Both the position numbers and the translations under genes were made by a program. Under the pieces are notes generated by a model, which did no database searches, was not told the origin of the DNA, and saw only the letters and a program-made list of their open reading frames with translations. From Zygnema circumcarinatum SAG 698-1b (taxonomy: Eukaryota > Plantae > Zygnematophyceae): DNA of 64,000 bases. The DNA is taken from the NCBI GenBank assembly GCA_037447605.1, contig CM074810.1:2514880-2578879 (forward strand), written 5' to 3'. This document shows positions 23,478 through 39,630 of this stretch, in pieces (within the stretch, counting starts at the first letter, position 1; every line of letters starts with the position of its first letter).

Positions 23478-24461
23478 GACACTTCTGACCGATTGCGTGA
23501 TTTCTGGGTGGTATAAACAGTAAATTCATGCAACCCATCCCTCCCCTTTTAATGCACATCAGAACCGGCTTGAACCCAATCGAGAGCTCGTAAGTTTCTT
23601 TTAAACTTAGCCTGCCGAAGCACAGTGGTGAAATAAGGCTTTATTAGGGCTGAATTTTTTTATGATGACTGTTTCTGCTTTTGTGTAAAAAAAACATAAA
23701 TCTACAGCAGGAACTGATATTCTGTTGTTTCCGTTTGACACGCAGGCGGTATTAAAATGTGATAATCTCATCGGATATTTCCAACTGAAATTTTTATTGA
23801 ATCTGGAGGAGAAAGAAACCATCTTTATCTAAAAACAGTTCTCTTTTTTGAACTGAAAGAGAGCACGCGAACAATTCCATCAAAAGATACGGCCAATAAT
23901 GTAAAGAGTTTTGAGCATTTCATTTCTTTTCAATTGAAAATTTTCATTGTCGATTGAATCGCAGATATAAACGCTGTGAAGTAGTCCACAGAGGAAGCCG
24001 TATTCGTTTTTGCAATAGATTGAAATTTCTGGATAGAGGCTTATAGCTCTTTAGAAGGAGCTAACCATTTTTTCAGAAAAAAATTAACTACGTTTTTCTT
24101 CAATTACGTGGTTTTTAAAGCAGCTTCTCTGGAAGCTTTGGGTCAGCAGATTCCTGTTCTTGGTACTCTCGCTATTTTTAACTTAACGTTATTTATTCCG
24201 ATTCATTTTTCCTTTAAATTTTTTATCTGATTGCAAGCATTCGTATGTACCTGATATCTCCCTCTCTCTCTCTCGTTTGTCCAGACTCCTTCCCTCGTTC
24301 CTCTCCGTCTCCCTCACTCTTTCCCTTCTTCCTGCTCGTCTACTCTTTACTTCTACGCCTTTTCACTCCCCTTAACACCCCTCTCTCTTTCTCCTCTCCT
24401 CTCCCTATCTTCGCTCTCTCTCTCCCTCCCCTCTCTCTCTCCATCCCTTCACTCACTCTCT
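20858..24461. repeat. Near-identical 1.8-kb tandem duplication (20858-22655 / 22666-about 24461), each copy starting after a 10-N gap
   Basis: Offset is 1808/1806 bp and the only difference I noticed is a 2-bp microsatellite indel. It duplicates exon C of paralog 2 (second copy about 22856-23083). Likely an assembly artefact. Confidence 0.85.
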
Positions 24462-25476
24462 CCCTCCGCTCTCTCGCCCTCCCTTCTCTCTCTCCTCTCC
24501 CTCCCTTCTCCCTCCCTCTCCCTCTCCCTCTCCCTCCCTCCCCTCTCTCTCTCCCCAATACCTCTCCCACCTGTCGTGCTGCCCTCTCTCCTCCATATCC
24601 TCAGGGCTTCGCTGCCACATCATGTGCTTTTTTGGTCAAACCTCTCTTGGGTGAAAGGGGTAAGGGTTGATCATGCGTCATGGGAAATATAAAATCTCAT
24701 AGTGCGACACATTTCTCGTAGTGCGACTAGAATGAAACTTCGGCGACTCATTTTTTGCCATAGTGCGACCCTTCCTCTATAATGCGACATGCATTGAATG
24801 TCGCACATGCGAGTCGAGGCGAAGGGGTGCCAAGTAGGGCCTCCACAAGTAGACCTTGGTGCCACGTCGGATACCTCTGACCAATCATAGCAATTCACGT
24901 GGACAATTTTAGGCCGACGTGAGACGTGACATGCCCGTTGGCAATGTCCTTCGAACTGCGACCTCGACCGGCGGTCACGGCGGTCGACGGCAGTGAGCCA
25001 GCGTGGCATTGAGGTAGCCACGTGGCACGAAGACGGATCTTCACCGGCCACGTGGCGATGCGGGATTGGGCAAGAATTCCCTCCGTGGCGAGAAGGAAAT
25101 GTACAGGTGGCAGCCACGTCAGCAAAACTGCCCCCCCATGGAACCCGTAAACGCGTCGCACACAACGCCAAACTGCTGCATGGAACCCCGCCCTTTCATG
25201 TTCCGTTTTTGGACCCATGCCCTTTGGTGTACGAGCGGAGGGGAATCCTCTGCTTTCTGAACCCTAAACCATAAAACCTCAAACCCTACAGCCCTTTACC
25301 CTAGACCCTGAACCCTAAAACCCTAAAATCCTACACATGAAACCCTAAACCCTTCAATCCTAAAACCCTAAACCGAAGGAAGGAGAGGAGCACCGCCAGG
25401 GCTGCATGTCTTTGCGGCCATGGCTGGAGGAGAAGGAAGGAGGGAGCGAGAGCTCTGAGCTCCGCTATGGCGAGCA

Positions 25477-25525
<49 letters not shown>

Positions 25526-26982
25526 GAGAGAGCGGAGGGCGGAGGGCGGAGGGCGAATGTCAACGCTCGCATGGTCTCTTCGCACGTGGAACGGCCGCCA
25601 CTGGTGAGATGACGTGGCAGTCGTTTGCCCTCGTGGCACACGTTCTCGACCGAGTCCGTGGCACGTCTTGCCACGTGGCAAGGACCCGAAAATTCGCTCG
25701 CTGAACTCCCACGTGCTGAGCTGTCGTCCGTTTGGTCCTCCTTCAATTCTGGCCAATCAGGTGCGACGGTTGACCGGGAGAAGTCAACATCGCCTAAAAG
25801 TTGGTACGTGTCAGCGCGCGAGTGGTTGATATTCATAACTGGCCATTTGAAAAATGTGGTTGCGGTCATGTTTGGTCCTCTACCAAACCTTTTTTTTTTT
25901 TTTTTGGGGGAGAAAAAGAAAAGGTTCTAACCCTCGTGACCCGCGACATTGGCTTGCGCGTTGTTCGTTTCTGGATTTTTTTTGGCAAAAAATGGTACTT
26001 TGGATTTTTGAATGCCTTTTCGTGGGCAGAAAATCCGGCTCAAAAAAAGTCTTGTACTCATATGGTAACACGTGTCAGGTTGAAAGGAAATCTTGTCGTG
26101 AAATGGGTCTTCTAGTTTGGTACCACCCAATGGGATCTCGCCACGTAGCAAACGTGAGACGTAGAAAAGGCCATATATGCGCTAATTTGGCGTTAGATTG
26201 CAGGACAAAACCATGACGTACGGACGCGTTAGCTCTATTCGTGAGACCTACGATTCAGATACGATCTGATTCTCAGGGCCAGAAAAGCCAAGAGACCATA
26301 ACGACAAAAGATACGCCACAAAACGACACTTTCTTCAAATCGTCGTAGATTCATAGCCCCTCTTTCCCTATGGCGAAGCCCATAGGGTCCCCCTCAGGGC
26401 GTGCGAACACTGTACGGTCGGACAGGCAGGTCTTGTCGGCTTGTTCTACCGGCCGGCTAACGGTTACCGGTGGGGCTGCCGGGCGGTTGTCGTATCTGAG
26501 GACGGTTGAGTCTGGCAGGAAATTCCGCAATCCCAATTTCGATACTTTTGGACGAAGGGCCGGCAGCCACGTGGCATTAAAAATTCGAATTTCGCAGATT
26601 TACGGCGCGAGCCAGGGGGCCTACGGGGAATGGGGGCCGTACGGTACAAACGTACGGACGTAGGCTTTCGCGACGGTTGGCGCGGGTCCCTCGGGCGGTA
26701 TTTGAGGGAAACACTGCGCCGGTAAAGCACCGCCGCCAGCGCACAGAGGGAGAGAGTGGGAGTGGGAGAGGGAGACGAAGAGGGAGAGGGAGAGAGAGAA
26801 AAAGGCGAGTGAGAGTGCGATAGAGATATTCAGAGAGGCAGGGAGAGAGAGAGGCCAGGGGAGAGGGGAAAGTAAGAAGAGAGCGAGTGCTATTCGAGAC
26901 GCGAGAGAGGGAGAGGGAGAGAGAGACAGAGAGCAGTAGGAGCAGGTGGAGCTCCTTCTCCCGCGGGAGAGACAGGGCCGTC

Positions 26983-29404
26983 ATGGATACCTCCTCGTCC
27001 TTCAAAATTTTCGCGACATTTTTCCTTCTCGGAGTCGCAACGACGGTCGCGCAAGGTGCGTCCTCTGCACTTTCTGTTTCAGTTTCGGTTAAAAGATTTA
27101 GTTGATCTATTTTTCATTTGCAGCACTAATTAGGATTTAAGGATGTTTGTATGCGGCGTGATTTTGAATTTGTTAAGAGGAACAAATTTAGACAAATTGT
27201 AGCTCAATTTGATGTCGCGAGTGCTGAACCAATTTGCAGTTTTTGGAGGTGTTTCTGATGTTGTGTCAGATTGCGGTCTGAGAGAAAGAGAGAGCGAGAG
27301 AGAGAGTTAGAGCGAGAGAGAGAGAGAGAGAAAGAGAGAGAGTGAGAGATAGAGATAGAGAAAGAGAGAGAAACGAGCGAGAGAGAGAGAGACAGAGTTT
27401 CGTCTCGTTCCTAACAACGACACCACCCACAACAACATGGTTCTCATGTCCCATGTTCCCCTCCCCTCTCCAGACTGCACCTTCCTCCCGGGCGTGTCCC
27501 TGCCGGGACTCGATCTCGCGACCTTCCCCTCCGTCGACAGCCGCGAGGCGTGCTGCCTCGAGTGCCGTACGGCCGTCGGCTGCACCGCCTTCACCTTCTT
27601 CGTGAGCGGGCCCAACGCTAACAAGTGCGTCATGAAGAAGGCCATCAACAACCCCGTGGCGGATGCTACCGCTACCTCCGGAATCTCGACTGGTACGGAA
27701 AATCTCAAAAAAAAAAAATTGAACAAAATGTTTGAATGTATATGGATATATGTGTCTGAATAGAAGTGGAACAATAGGTTAGTGGATTTTGTTTAACAAG
27801 TAGGAGAAGGTATGAAGATGGGTGGGCATGAAAGGGTTGTGGGAGGAGTTTGTTGGTTGTATGTGCTCATATTGACGCCTTCTCAAGTAATTAGAGTTTA
27901 TGTTAATCCTTGCATTCTCAACAGAGCAATGTTAAGCAGGATGATTCCTAAAGGCGCCATGATGTCATGTGGATCGAAAGCAGAAGAAAAGAAAAACCCC
28001 AAAAAGAGTAGAGAGAAGATAAACCCTAGTTCTTAATGTTGCTCTAACCACATTGGGGGGGCTGTGCAGGATCATGTACTTTTGACCCCGGATTTGAGTA
28101 CCCCCTCTTCAACATTTCCACGTTTCGGGACGTTTCCAACAAGGAGAGCTGCTGCGTTTGGTGCACTTCGACCATAAAATGTGTCGCCTTTTCTTATTTC
28201 ACATCTGGGCCCAAAGCAGGAAACTGCGAACTGAAATTCGCCCTCAACAACCGACTCGCAAGTCCCGACAGAGTTGCAGGAGCCTCTACACGTACACCCC
28301 AAAACCCACATTCAAAAGCTCCAATATTCCTTTTCAATCAAAAGTTACGAGATTTTTTGTGTCAGACATGTTCCCTTCTCACTCTCACTCTCTCTTTCTC
28401 AGCTCTCTCTTTACTGCCCGGAATCCACTCTCTCCATCTCCCTCTCGCTCTGTTCCTCTCTCTCTTTCGATATCTTTCTCGTTCCCCCCACCCTCTCCCC
28501 CTTCCCTCTCTCCCACTCTCTCTCCCCCACCTCTCCTCCTCTCTGTTTTTCCTTCCCCCGTTCTCTCCCCTCCCCCTCTTCCCCCTTCCCTCCCTTCCCT
28601 CCTCCCTCCCTCCTTGCCTCCCTCCCTCCCTCCCTCCTTATCCCCCCCCTTTTCCTCCCCCTCCCTCCCCCCCTTTCCCTCCCCCTCCCTCCCTCCCTCC
28701 CTTCCCCCTTCCCTCCCTCCCTTCCTTCCTCCCTGCCTCCCTCCCTCCCTCCCTCCTTCACTCCCCCACTTCCCCCCCCTCTCCCTCCCCCTTCCTCCCT
28801 CCCTCCCTCCCTCCCTCCTTCACTCCCCCACTTCCCCCCCCTCTCCCTCCCCCTTCCTCCCTCCCTCCCTCCCCCCTTCCCTCCCTCTCTCCCTCACTCC
28901 TTCCCTCTCCCCCTTCTCTTCCTCTCCCTCCCCTCCCCTCCCTCCCTCCCTCCCTCCTCCCTCCCTCCCTCCCTCCCTCCCTCCCTCACCCCCACTCTCC
29001 CTCCCTCTCCCTTTCCAGCTGGCACTGCCACGTGTACCTACGAGGCGGGCATCACCTACCGCGGGTTCGAGTACAAGTCCGTACAGGCGGTGGCCTCAAA
29101 GGAGAGCTGCTGCGCTCTGTGCAAGGCGGACCCCCTCAAGTGTACGGCCCTCACATACGTCCAAACTGGGCCATCCGCAAAAACTTGCGTTTTGAGGTCG
29201 GGCACAGCGAACAGAATCCCCAATGCGAATGCTATTTCGGGGCAGGGGTCAGGTAAGAAAAAAAAATTGGGTTTTTTGGGAAGTTTGAAAAAAAGAGAGA
29301 GGGTGAGGGTGAGGGTGAGGGTGGGTTCAGCCAGCTTCAGATTAAAGCTTCTGATTAACATTTTCTTTTGTATAGCATATTTTTGGTGTTTTTTTAAAGG
29401 CTGA
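26983..29404 (+). CDS. Secreted triple PAN/Apple-domain protein, paralog 3 (about 250-258 aa)
   Basis: Exons: 26983-27055 (73 nt, MDTSSSFKIFATFFLLGVATTVAQ), 27474-27692 (A), 28070-28291 (B), 29019-29252 (C), terminal exon ending at TGA 29402-29404 (acceptor 29375 or 29399). All introns are phase 1. Confidence 0.88.
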
Positions 29405-32400
29405 AAAGTTTTTTGGGGGGATCTGTACAGGATCCTCGTGCGGAGTGGCTCTGTAGGGGAGTGAAAATTTTCGATGTACGGAAAAAAGAAAACACTCTCA
29501 GAATGAAAAGGTTACAGCAAGCCGCGGAACAAACTGCGACCCAAAATTTAGGTGAAAAAAAAAAAATCCTCCGCGATGTCTTTTTTTAAATGCTCTAACT
29601 GGCAGAAAACGAATGGGAAAAAAAAAAAACCATTCACAGGAGAAAATATTCGCCAGAATCGAGAGAAGAATGTAAAGTTTACAGATTTTTTTGAAAGTTT
29701 CTGGGCAAAAACCGCCCCAACGAAGGTTTGTCGGTTTCTCCGACATTCAAAGAGAAAGGTTGACATCTAATAACATAGATTACTCTTCAAGAGATAAAGA
29801 TTTTTCTTTATCTTTTTTTTCTTTTTCTTTTTTAGGAAATCAAAGGAAAATGTCCGCTCCTTACCTTTCTTTAAGGACGACATAAGAGATCAGTTTTAGG
29901 CCGTCGATCGATCCGGGACTTGCGACCCCTTCGATGTCTTTGATGTAAACATAGAAAAAATTTCAATGGTCTTCTGACGGATGTAACTGTAACGTGAGAA
30001 TACCATTATGTTTCTTTTGTCGGCTCTGCTTCTCTCCCTTCTTTCTTCGCCCACTGCCCTTGGAGAAGCCCTTAGCCCTCTATACCCTTTCTCTCACATG
30101 GAGGTTCTCTGCCAGTTATTTGCATTTACCCAGCGTGACAGCCCTTCTTCAGAAGCTGTTCGCTGCACAGAAGAGATGGAAGCAGAGCCTGCTTCAGAGG
30201 AGCCTTCTCTCCCTTATTGGATCCCCCCTGACGCTACAAGTAGCGTAAATGAGAGCATGAAACGATCTTGTTTACTTACGTCCCATACTAAACATATAGT
30301 ATATCAAATATTATTCAATTCAAAAACATTGATTATTGTTTATTTATTGGTACCCTCAAGGTTTCCGAAATATCAATGAATATATCCCATCACCCTCGGC
30401 CTCTGCCCCACCCCACGCTTTCCCCTCCCCCCTCCTCTCTCGTGCTGTGTCGCTTCCTCTCTCTCCCACTCACTCTCCCCCCTCCCTCTCTCTCTCTGTC
30501 GACCTCTATATCTCTCTCCTCTCCCTCCCTTTCCCTCGCTTTCCCGTCTTTCACCCCTCCCCTTCCCACTCTATCTCTCTCTCCCCTCCTTCCTCTCCCT
30601 CAATCTTTCACCCCTCTCCTCCTCCCCCCCTCCCCGCCACTCTGTCACACTCTTTCTCTCTCTCCCCTTCTCCCTCCCCTCCATTCACCCTCCCCCCCTC
30701 CTCCCCCTTCTCTCCCTCACCCCTCTATCTCCCCCTTTCACCCCTCCCCCCCTCTCCCCACTCTCTCCATCCACCCTCCCCTCCACGCCCCTCTCTCTCT
30801 CTGTCACTTTCTATTGCTCCCTCTGTTTCAGCCCATTTCCCCCCCCCCCCCCCCCCCCCCCCCNNNNNNNNNNCCCCCCCCCCCCCCCCCCTCCCCTCTC
30901 TATAGCTTTCTGCGAAACTTTACTAAAACAATAAATAAATTAGAGAGGGCGAGAGGGAGGGAGAGAAAGGAGACAGGGAAGGGTGGGAGAGGAAGGGAGG
31001 GAGAGGGAGAGGAAGAGGGAGAGTGAAAGGGAGAGGGAGAGTGCGAGGGAGAGGAAGGCGACAGGAAAGGGTGGGAGGGGGAGAGGGAGAGAAAGGAAAC
31101 AGGAAAGGATGGGAGAGGGAGAGGTAGGAGACAGGAAAGGGTGGGCGGAGAGGGAGAGAAAGCAGGGGGAAGGGTGGGCGAGGGAGAGAGCAGGAGAGAA
31201 AAGTGTTTAGGGTTTGCAACTGGAGGGTTCTATGCTGCTCTAAAACTGGAACTAACTGTAACTGTGACTGTCAATATAAGTGGGTTGCTTGATATCGCCC
31301 AACTGCCGCTGCATGTCGTCCAGAACCCTAAATATCCTAGAAACCCTAAAAACCCTAATAATCCTAAAACTGGAAATGTTCGCCGTTTCATGCAGGCGGC
31401 TGTGGAACTGTTCGACGCGTATTCGCTGCATTGAGACAGTCCGTCCGCCGAGGGATGGGGGCTGAAAAGCACTCTCGAACAACAACACGGGGTTCGCAAG
31501 TGAGGGCGAACTTGCGAGTGCGCAGACCCATTGTTCTTGGTTGCACTTGTTGTCGTTCACTCATGTTGGTCACTCATATGAACAACATTGATATCGCGTT
31601 ATTGGCTGCGCGGATTGTAAGGTGTGAAAGTAGGTCGGTCATATCCAATGAAAGAACGCCACCTGGCATACACGTGGCAGAAGGCCAGCCGTATGCTGTT
31701 GTTGTTGTTGATGTTTCTTTTGTCTTTTTTATTTTTGTTGTTTCTTTACCTTCATGTTTGTTGCTCAGGACAATGTTGTTGTTGTTGTTGTTGCTCATGT
31801 TGTGTTGTTAATGTTATTTCATGATGATAACACTTTGATGTTTGTTCTTGAGGTTGGTGATACCAATGTGTTGTTGTTGTCCATGTTTCATTGATTCTTG
31901 CTCTAGAGCATGTTGTTGTTCATCCTTCACCTTTCTTCGTGTAACGCCTTCATTAGATCTCACACGAGCGGCCACCCGACGTCATAATTCGCTTCCGGGC
32001 AGAAAAATATTCGCGCTGTCTGCCAGATGGCAAACGCAGGTTGGACGAATCGAATCGTAACGGTTTGCCCAAGTCACTCCAACAATCTATGTGACGTGGC
32101 ATGACGTCATCGTGCAATTCGAGCCTTGGGGCGGACACAATGTGAATTCTTTTTTTTATTTTCCTTGGAAGGGATCCGTGTCTCCATGGTCCAACTTCCG
32201 TCGACTCACAACACCATGGAGCGTCGGTCCAGTTCTGTTCCCTGTTCCGTCACGTCACGGCTCCGTCTTTTCAACTGCTGGCTTTTAGTGCGGCTTGACA
32301 GGCCCTCCTCCGTTCCCCGTCACAGGAAACGGCGGACATGGATCGGCAGTGGGCCGAGAAGGCCGCGGACTGGCAAGGGACTGCTGACGAGAGAGAGCGA

Positions 32401-33076
32401 GAGACGGCGCGAGCTCCATTTGCTGAATCTTTTTCCATGGCCTGTCGGTGTGATGTGGATGATGGTGGCATGGGTATGCAGGCAGAGGTCCACATGCTTG
32501 CGAGGGTGAAGTTTCTTACTTCTAAATGCTCTCAGAGGAGGGAAGGGAAAGGGAAAGGTACGAGAGCTTCACTGACGTAGGGAGGGAAGGAAGGGGGGGG
32601 CACGAGACAGGGAGGAGAGGAGCTGACGTGGAGGCAGCATAGGCGTGGAAAGAGAGGGAAGGTTTCACTCTGCTGAAAACTGCAGCAATTGCTGAGCTCA
32701 GTTTCGACCCAAAACTGAAATCAAAATTTCTGAGTGAAAACACACAAGTACATGAAAAAGAAACTCCTTGATTTCTTTGCATAAAACAAACAGTACATCG
32801 TATTGAGAGCCCTTTCAATAGACAGCCTTAAGCCGCGGACTCTACAATACAAGCTAAAAGCTACACCCAAAACTAAACCCAAAGCCCCTCCATTGAAAAA
32901 GCTTAAGACACTAATCCCACACCCAATGCGATCCAAACCCTACCACCTCTTTCCTCGAAATCCCACAAAACCCACATCGTATTCAATGTACAACCGCCAA
33001 ATATCACAAAACCCGCTCCCTCCCATGTGATCCCAACCCCCCCAAAACCCCCAACCCCCCCAAACCCCCCACAATC

Positions 33077-35767
<2,691 letters not shown>

Positions 35768-36062
35768 TGCTCCCCTGGATTTTTTCTCTTCCTCTTCTCT
35801 CTCGCGTGACCTGCCGCTACCACTCTCTCTCTCTTTTCCTCCCTTTATCTCTTCCACTCTCTCTCCCTCTCTCTCCCTCCCGCTCTTCCTTGGCTTTTTT
35901 CTCTCCCTCCTCTCTCGCCCGTGACCTGCCGCTACCACTCTCTCTCTCTCCCTCCCTCTCTCCCTCTCTCCCTCTCTCCCTCTCTCCCTCCCTAGCTCTC
36001 CCGCAGACGTTGGCAACGCAAAGCAGCGAGGACTGACGCCGCTCTCCTCCGCCGCCAGACCT

Positions 36063-36069
36063 TTTATAC
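36063..36069 (-). promoter_or_regulatory. TATA box (TATAAAA) of the Root_cap gene
   Basis: About 300 nt upstream of ATG 35767 on -, followed by a GA-rich leader. Confidence 0.55.
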
Positions 36070-37199
36070 GACCGCCGCCGTAGCTGTCCCCCAACTCCCT
36101 TGTCGTTTGCGGCGCCGCGGGTACGTCTGTCAGCTGAAAGCAGCTATGCTCCGCCCCGTGGCGTCGCCTGAGTGGATATCTGCCACCTGGCGCCCTTAGA
36201 TTGGATGTCTCTGTTGAACGGACCAACTGACGGTACGGCCTCCACGAGCTTTCGGTTTGCGCGAGCGCCCTCCCACAGTTACCGCCGGCCGTCGGTTCGC
36301 TCCTCGTGGTTCTCAGAGAGCAACTTTGAGATCCACCCGTGGAATCAAGCACGTTGAGAAATTGAACAAAACTTGTGCTCACCCAAAATGTTTAATTGTT
36401 CGATTTCTCAGCCTGTTTTGTACACGAAAAAAAAATCAAAAGCTTGTCTACTTTGTGTCGTTTTTACTTTTTGCTAGCCAGATTTTTACGGCCTCGATTC
36501 GATCTTTATCCAAATATCCAAAATGTGAAATTCCGGGAACAAATTAATTTACTAGGGTCTATTTACACACCATTTTTCGCCGGTCAGATTTTATTTAAGT
36601 GTTTTTCGTTTTTTCAGTCCCTCGTGGTTCCACATGCTCCTTTTGTCCACGTACACTTGATGGCCTCGCCATCGTGAGTTTAGTGCCATTTTCCCTCCCG
36701 TTATTAGGGTTTTGGGATTTTTAATTATTAAAGGTATGTATGTATGTATCTAGCCAAAAAAGGTGTGTAGATAACTAGTTTTATTCTTCCAACTCCGCAA
36801 AACTGTACACGTGGCCAAATCGGAGTACAGTATGTAACTGCTGTCGTACAGTAGGAAAATCCTTCTTCTTAGTCCATGATTCACACGAACCACACGTGCA
36901 AGACCGCCCGCTGATTCGCTACAAATTGGATCTGCCAAAGTTTGGTATCGTACGGCTACAGAAAATCGTTTGAAAGGTACAGAAGGTACAAGCAACGAAC
37001 TGTACCGAATTTCTAGAAGGTACAAAAGGTACATAATGTACAATACCGTACGGGCACAATGTGGGGACAGGCCGTTGGGGGAATTCCGAAGGGACACTAT
37101 TTAGCGCAACGCCAGTCACAGCTCGCCACGTCAGACCTGACGACACTCTCCTGCGGCTTTGGAAGTGTTTACCCTGTCCTCTCGCTCGCTGCACTTAAC

Positions 37200-37217
37200 C
37201 CACCCGTCACTCCCCCA

Positions 37218-37273
<56 letters not shown>

Positions 37274-38340
37274 CTTTCCCCCGCTCGCTCTCTCTCTCAC
37301 ACACTTTCTCCCCCTTTCTCTCACTCATGTCTCCCTCCCTCCCTTCCCCCCCTCTCACTCGCGCTCTCTCTCTTCCTCCCCCGCTCTCTGTTTCTCGCTC
37401 TCTTTCTCCCCTCTCTCTCTCACCCCACACTCTCTCCCACTCAAGTGTCTTCCTCTCCCCCTCTTTCTCACTCATGCTCTCTCTCCCTCCCTCGTTCTCT
37501 CTCTCTCACTGTCTCCCCCCCTCTCTCTCTCCCACCCCACACTCACTCCCACTCAAGTGTCTCCCTCCCTCCTTCCCTCTCCTTCTCTCACCCGCTCCCT
37601 CCCTCCCTCTCCCCCCCTCTCTCTCACTCTCTCTCTACCCCCTCTCTCCCTCTCCCATCCCACAGTCTTCCCACTTCAAATTCTATCTCTCTCCCTCGCT
37701 CTCTCCCACCCCCCCTCCCTCTCCCCCACTTCCTCAAGTGCCTACCACGCTTCCTCCCCCCTTCCCTCCTCTCTCTTCCTTCCCCGCTCTCTGTTTCTCG
37801 CTCTCTCTCTCGCCTCACTCTCTCTCACCCCACACTCTCTCCCATCCCACACTCTTCCCACTTCAAATTCTATCTCTCTCTCTCGCTCTCTCCCACCTCC
37901 CCCTCTCTCTCCCCCACTTCCTCAAGTGCCTACCACGCTTCCTTCCCCCTTCCCTCCTCTCTCTTCCTCCCCCGCTCTCTGTTTCTCGCTCGCTCTCTCC
38001 CCTCCCTCTCACACCCCACACTCTCTCCCACTCGAGTGTCTTCCTCTCCCCCTCTCTCTCACTCATGCTCTCTCTCCCTCCCTCGCGCTCTCGCTCTCTC
38101 CCCCCCTCTCTCTCCCACTCAAATGTCTCCCACCCTCCTCCCCTCTCCTTCTCTCCCCCGCTCCCTCCCTCCCTCTCCCCCCCTCTCTTTCACTCTCTCT
38201 CTACCCCCTCTCTCCCTCTCCCATCCCACACTCTTTCCCACTTCAAGTTCTATCTCTCTCTCTCGCTCTCTCCCACCCCCCCCCTTCTCTCCCCCACTTC
38301 CCCCTTTCCCAAGTGCCTACCCCGCTTCCTCCCCCCCTCC
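37200..38340. repeat. Polypyrimidine tract with cryptic higher-order repeats
   Basis: TTCCCACTTCAA(A/G)TTCTATCTCTCTC at about 37668, 37856 and 38235; CCCACTC(A/G)AGTGTCTTCCTCTCCCCCTCT at about 37436 and 38027. Confidence 0.75.
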
Positions 38341-39630
38341 ACCTCCACCACTCCCCACCTCGCCGAGTCGGAGTCAGCCCATACAGCAAACCGCGCTCAG
38401 CAAACAAGCAGAAAAACAAGTAAGAGAAAAACCCTCAAAAAACCCCACAATGAAGCGCCGAAACTTTGGCATGTTACAGGGCGGCTCATATCACACAAGG
38501 ACTGTTGTACACGGAACACGCCCCGCGCCGCCGCTTTCTGTCTAAGCAAAAAGTGGTTCTACGGATTCACCGTAAAACTCGCTAAGTCCTTTCTTCATGA
38601 AGCTTAATGGGCCTACGCCCCCTCCCGCTTCTAAGCTTCTATGGCGGCTAGTTCCTAAAATCGGAGATGAAGATGAAGATATTCTCTACAAGATTTCGCA
38701 GATTTTAATCAATTCAAGGAATTGAGGTAATGAATGCTATGAACCTAGGTTTCTATGTATCTTAAAATAATGAGCAATTCGCCTTCCTCGTCCATTTATG
38801 CTCGCTTTTTCTTATTGTACGGCGTGCAGATTTTTTTTTTCATCGCAGAAAGAAAGGAGGGGTTCAAGGAGAAGGGTGTACCGACACTAGCAATTACAAC
38901 AATCCCCCGATCTTCTTGCGTCTCATTGGTTCAGATTATGCTGAAAAGCTGCCGAAGTTCGCACTGTGATGTTTAATAAGCTACTTTTTTGATGCAGCTC
39001 CTCCAATTCTCGGAATTTGGGTAGTTTTTTTCTCTGACTCTCGTTTATACTTTTGCAGGTGGAGAGGGTGGCGGCGATGAGAGGGACTTCAAGGCCGCGA
39101 CTTGGGAACATGTGACTCCTGGAAGGATAAAAAATGACAGAGCAAAAAGTTATTGTCAGAGCCAATAAAATTATAAACTTAGTTAATAATTATAAACTCT
39201 TGCAGTTACCAATTTAAACAGCTCAGGTTGAGATGGGGCGAGAACAAAGCTTTTCTTCTGATGTTGGAATCTAGTTAGGTCGGTCGGAATGAAGTAACTT
39301 GTAGGAGATGTGAGGTGGAGGGAGGAAAGGCAGAGAGGAGGGCGGGAGAGATAGAGGGAGAGGGAGAAAGCGGCAGGGAGAGCGGGAGAGACAGAAAGTG
39401 CGAGAGGGAGAGGGAGAGAGGAAGAGAGCGAGAGAGTGAAAGAGAGAGAGAACGGCAGGGAGGAAGTTGGTTGCCCAGTAGGACAGTGACACAGCATCAT
39501 TTTATAACCACCTGTTTATCTCGACCATCCCCCGCAACCTCTACTTATTTGAAAAAATAGCAACAAAAAAAAAAGCTGTTTCCAAACTTCCCCATACTAA
39601 AAACCACTGACCCCCCTCGTCCCAACTCAC

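Noticed and set aside
30008-30379. 123-aa ORF with a hydrophobic start
   Set aside because: No recognisable motif or splice context; possibly a decayed fragment.
31230-32510. Cys-containing short ORFs between paralog 3 and the Root_cap gene
   Set aside because: Could not build a phase-consistent gene, and the Cys spacing does not fit PAN.
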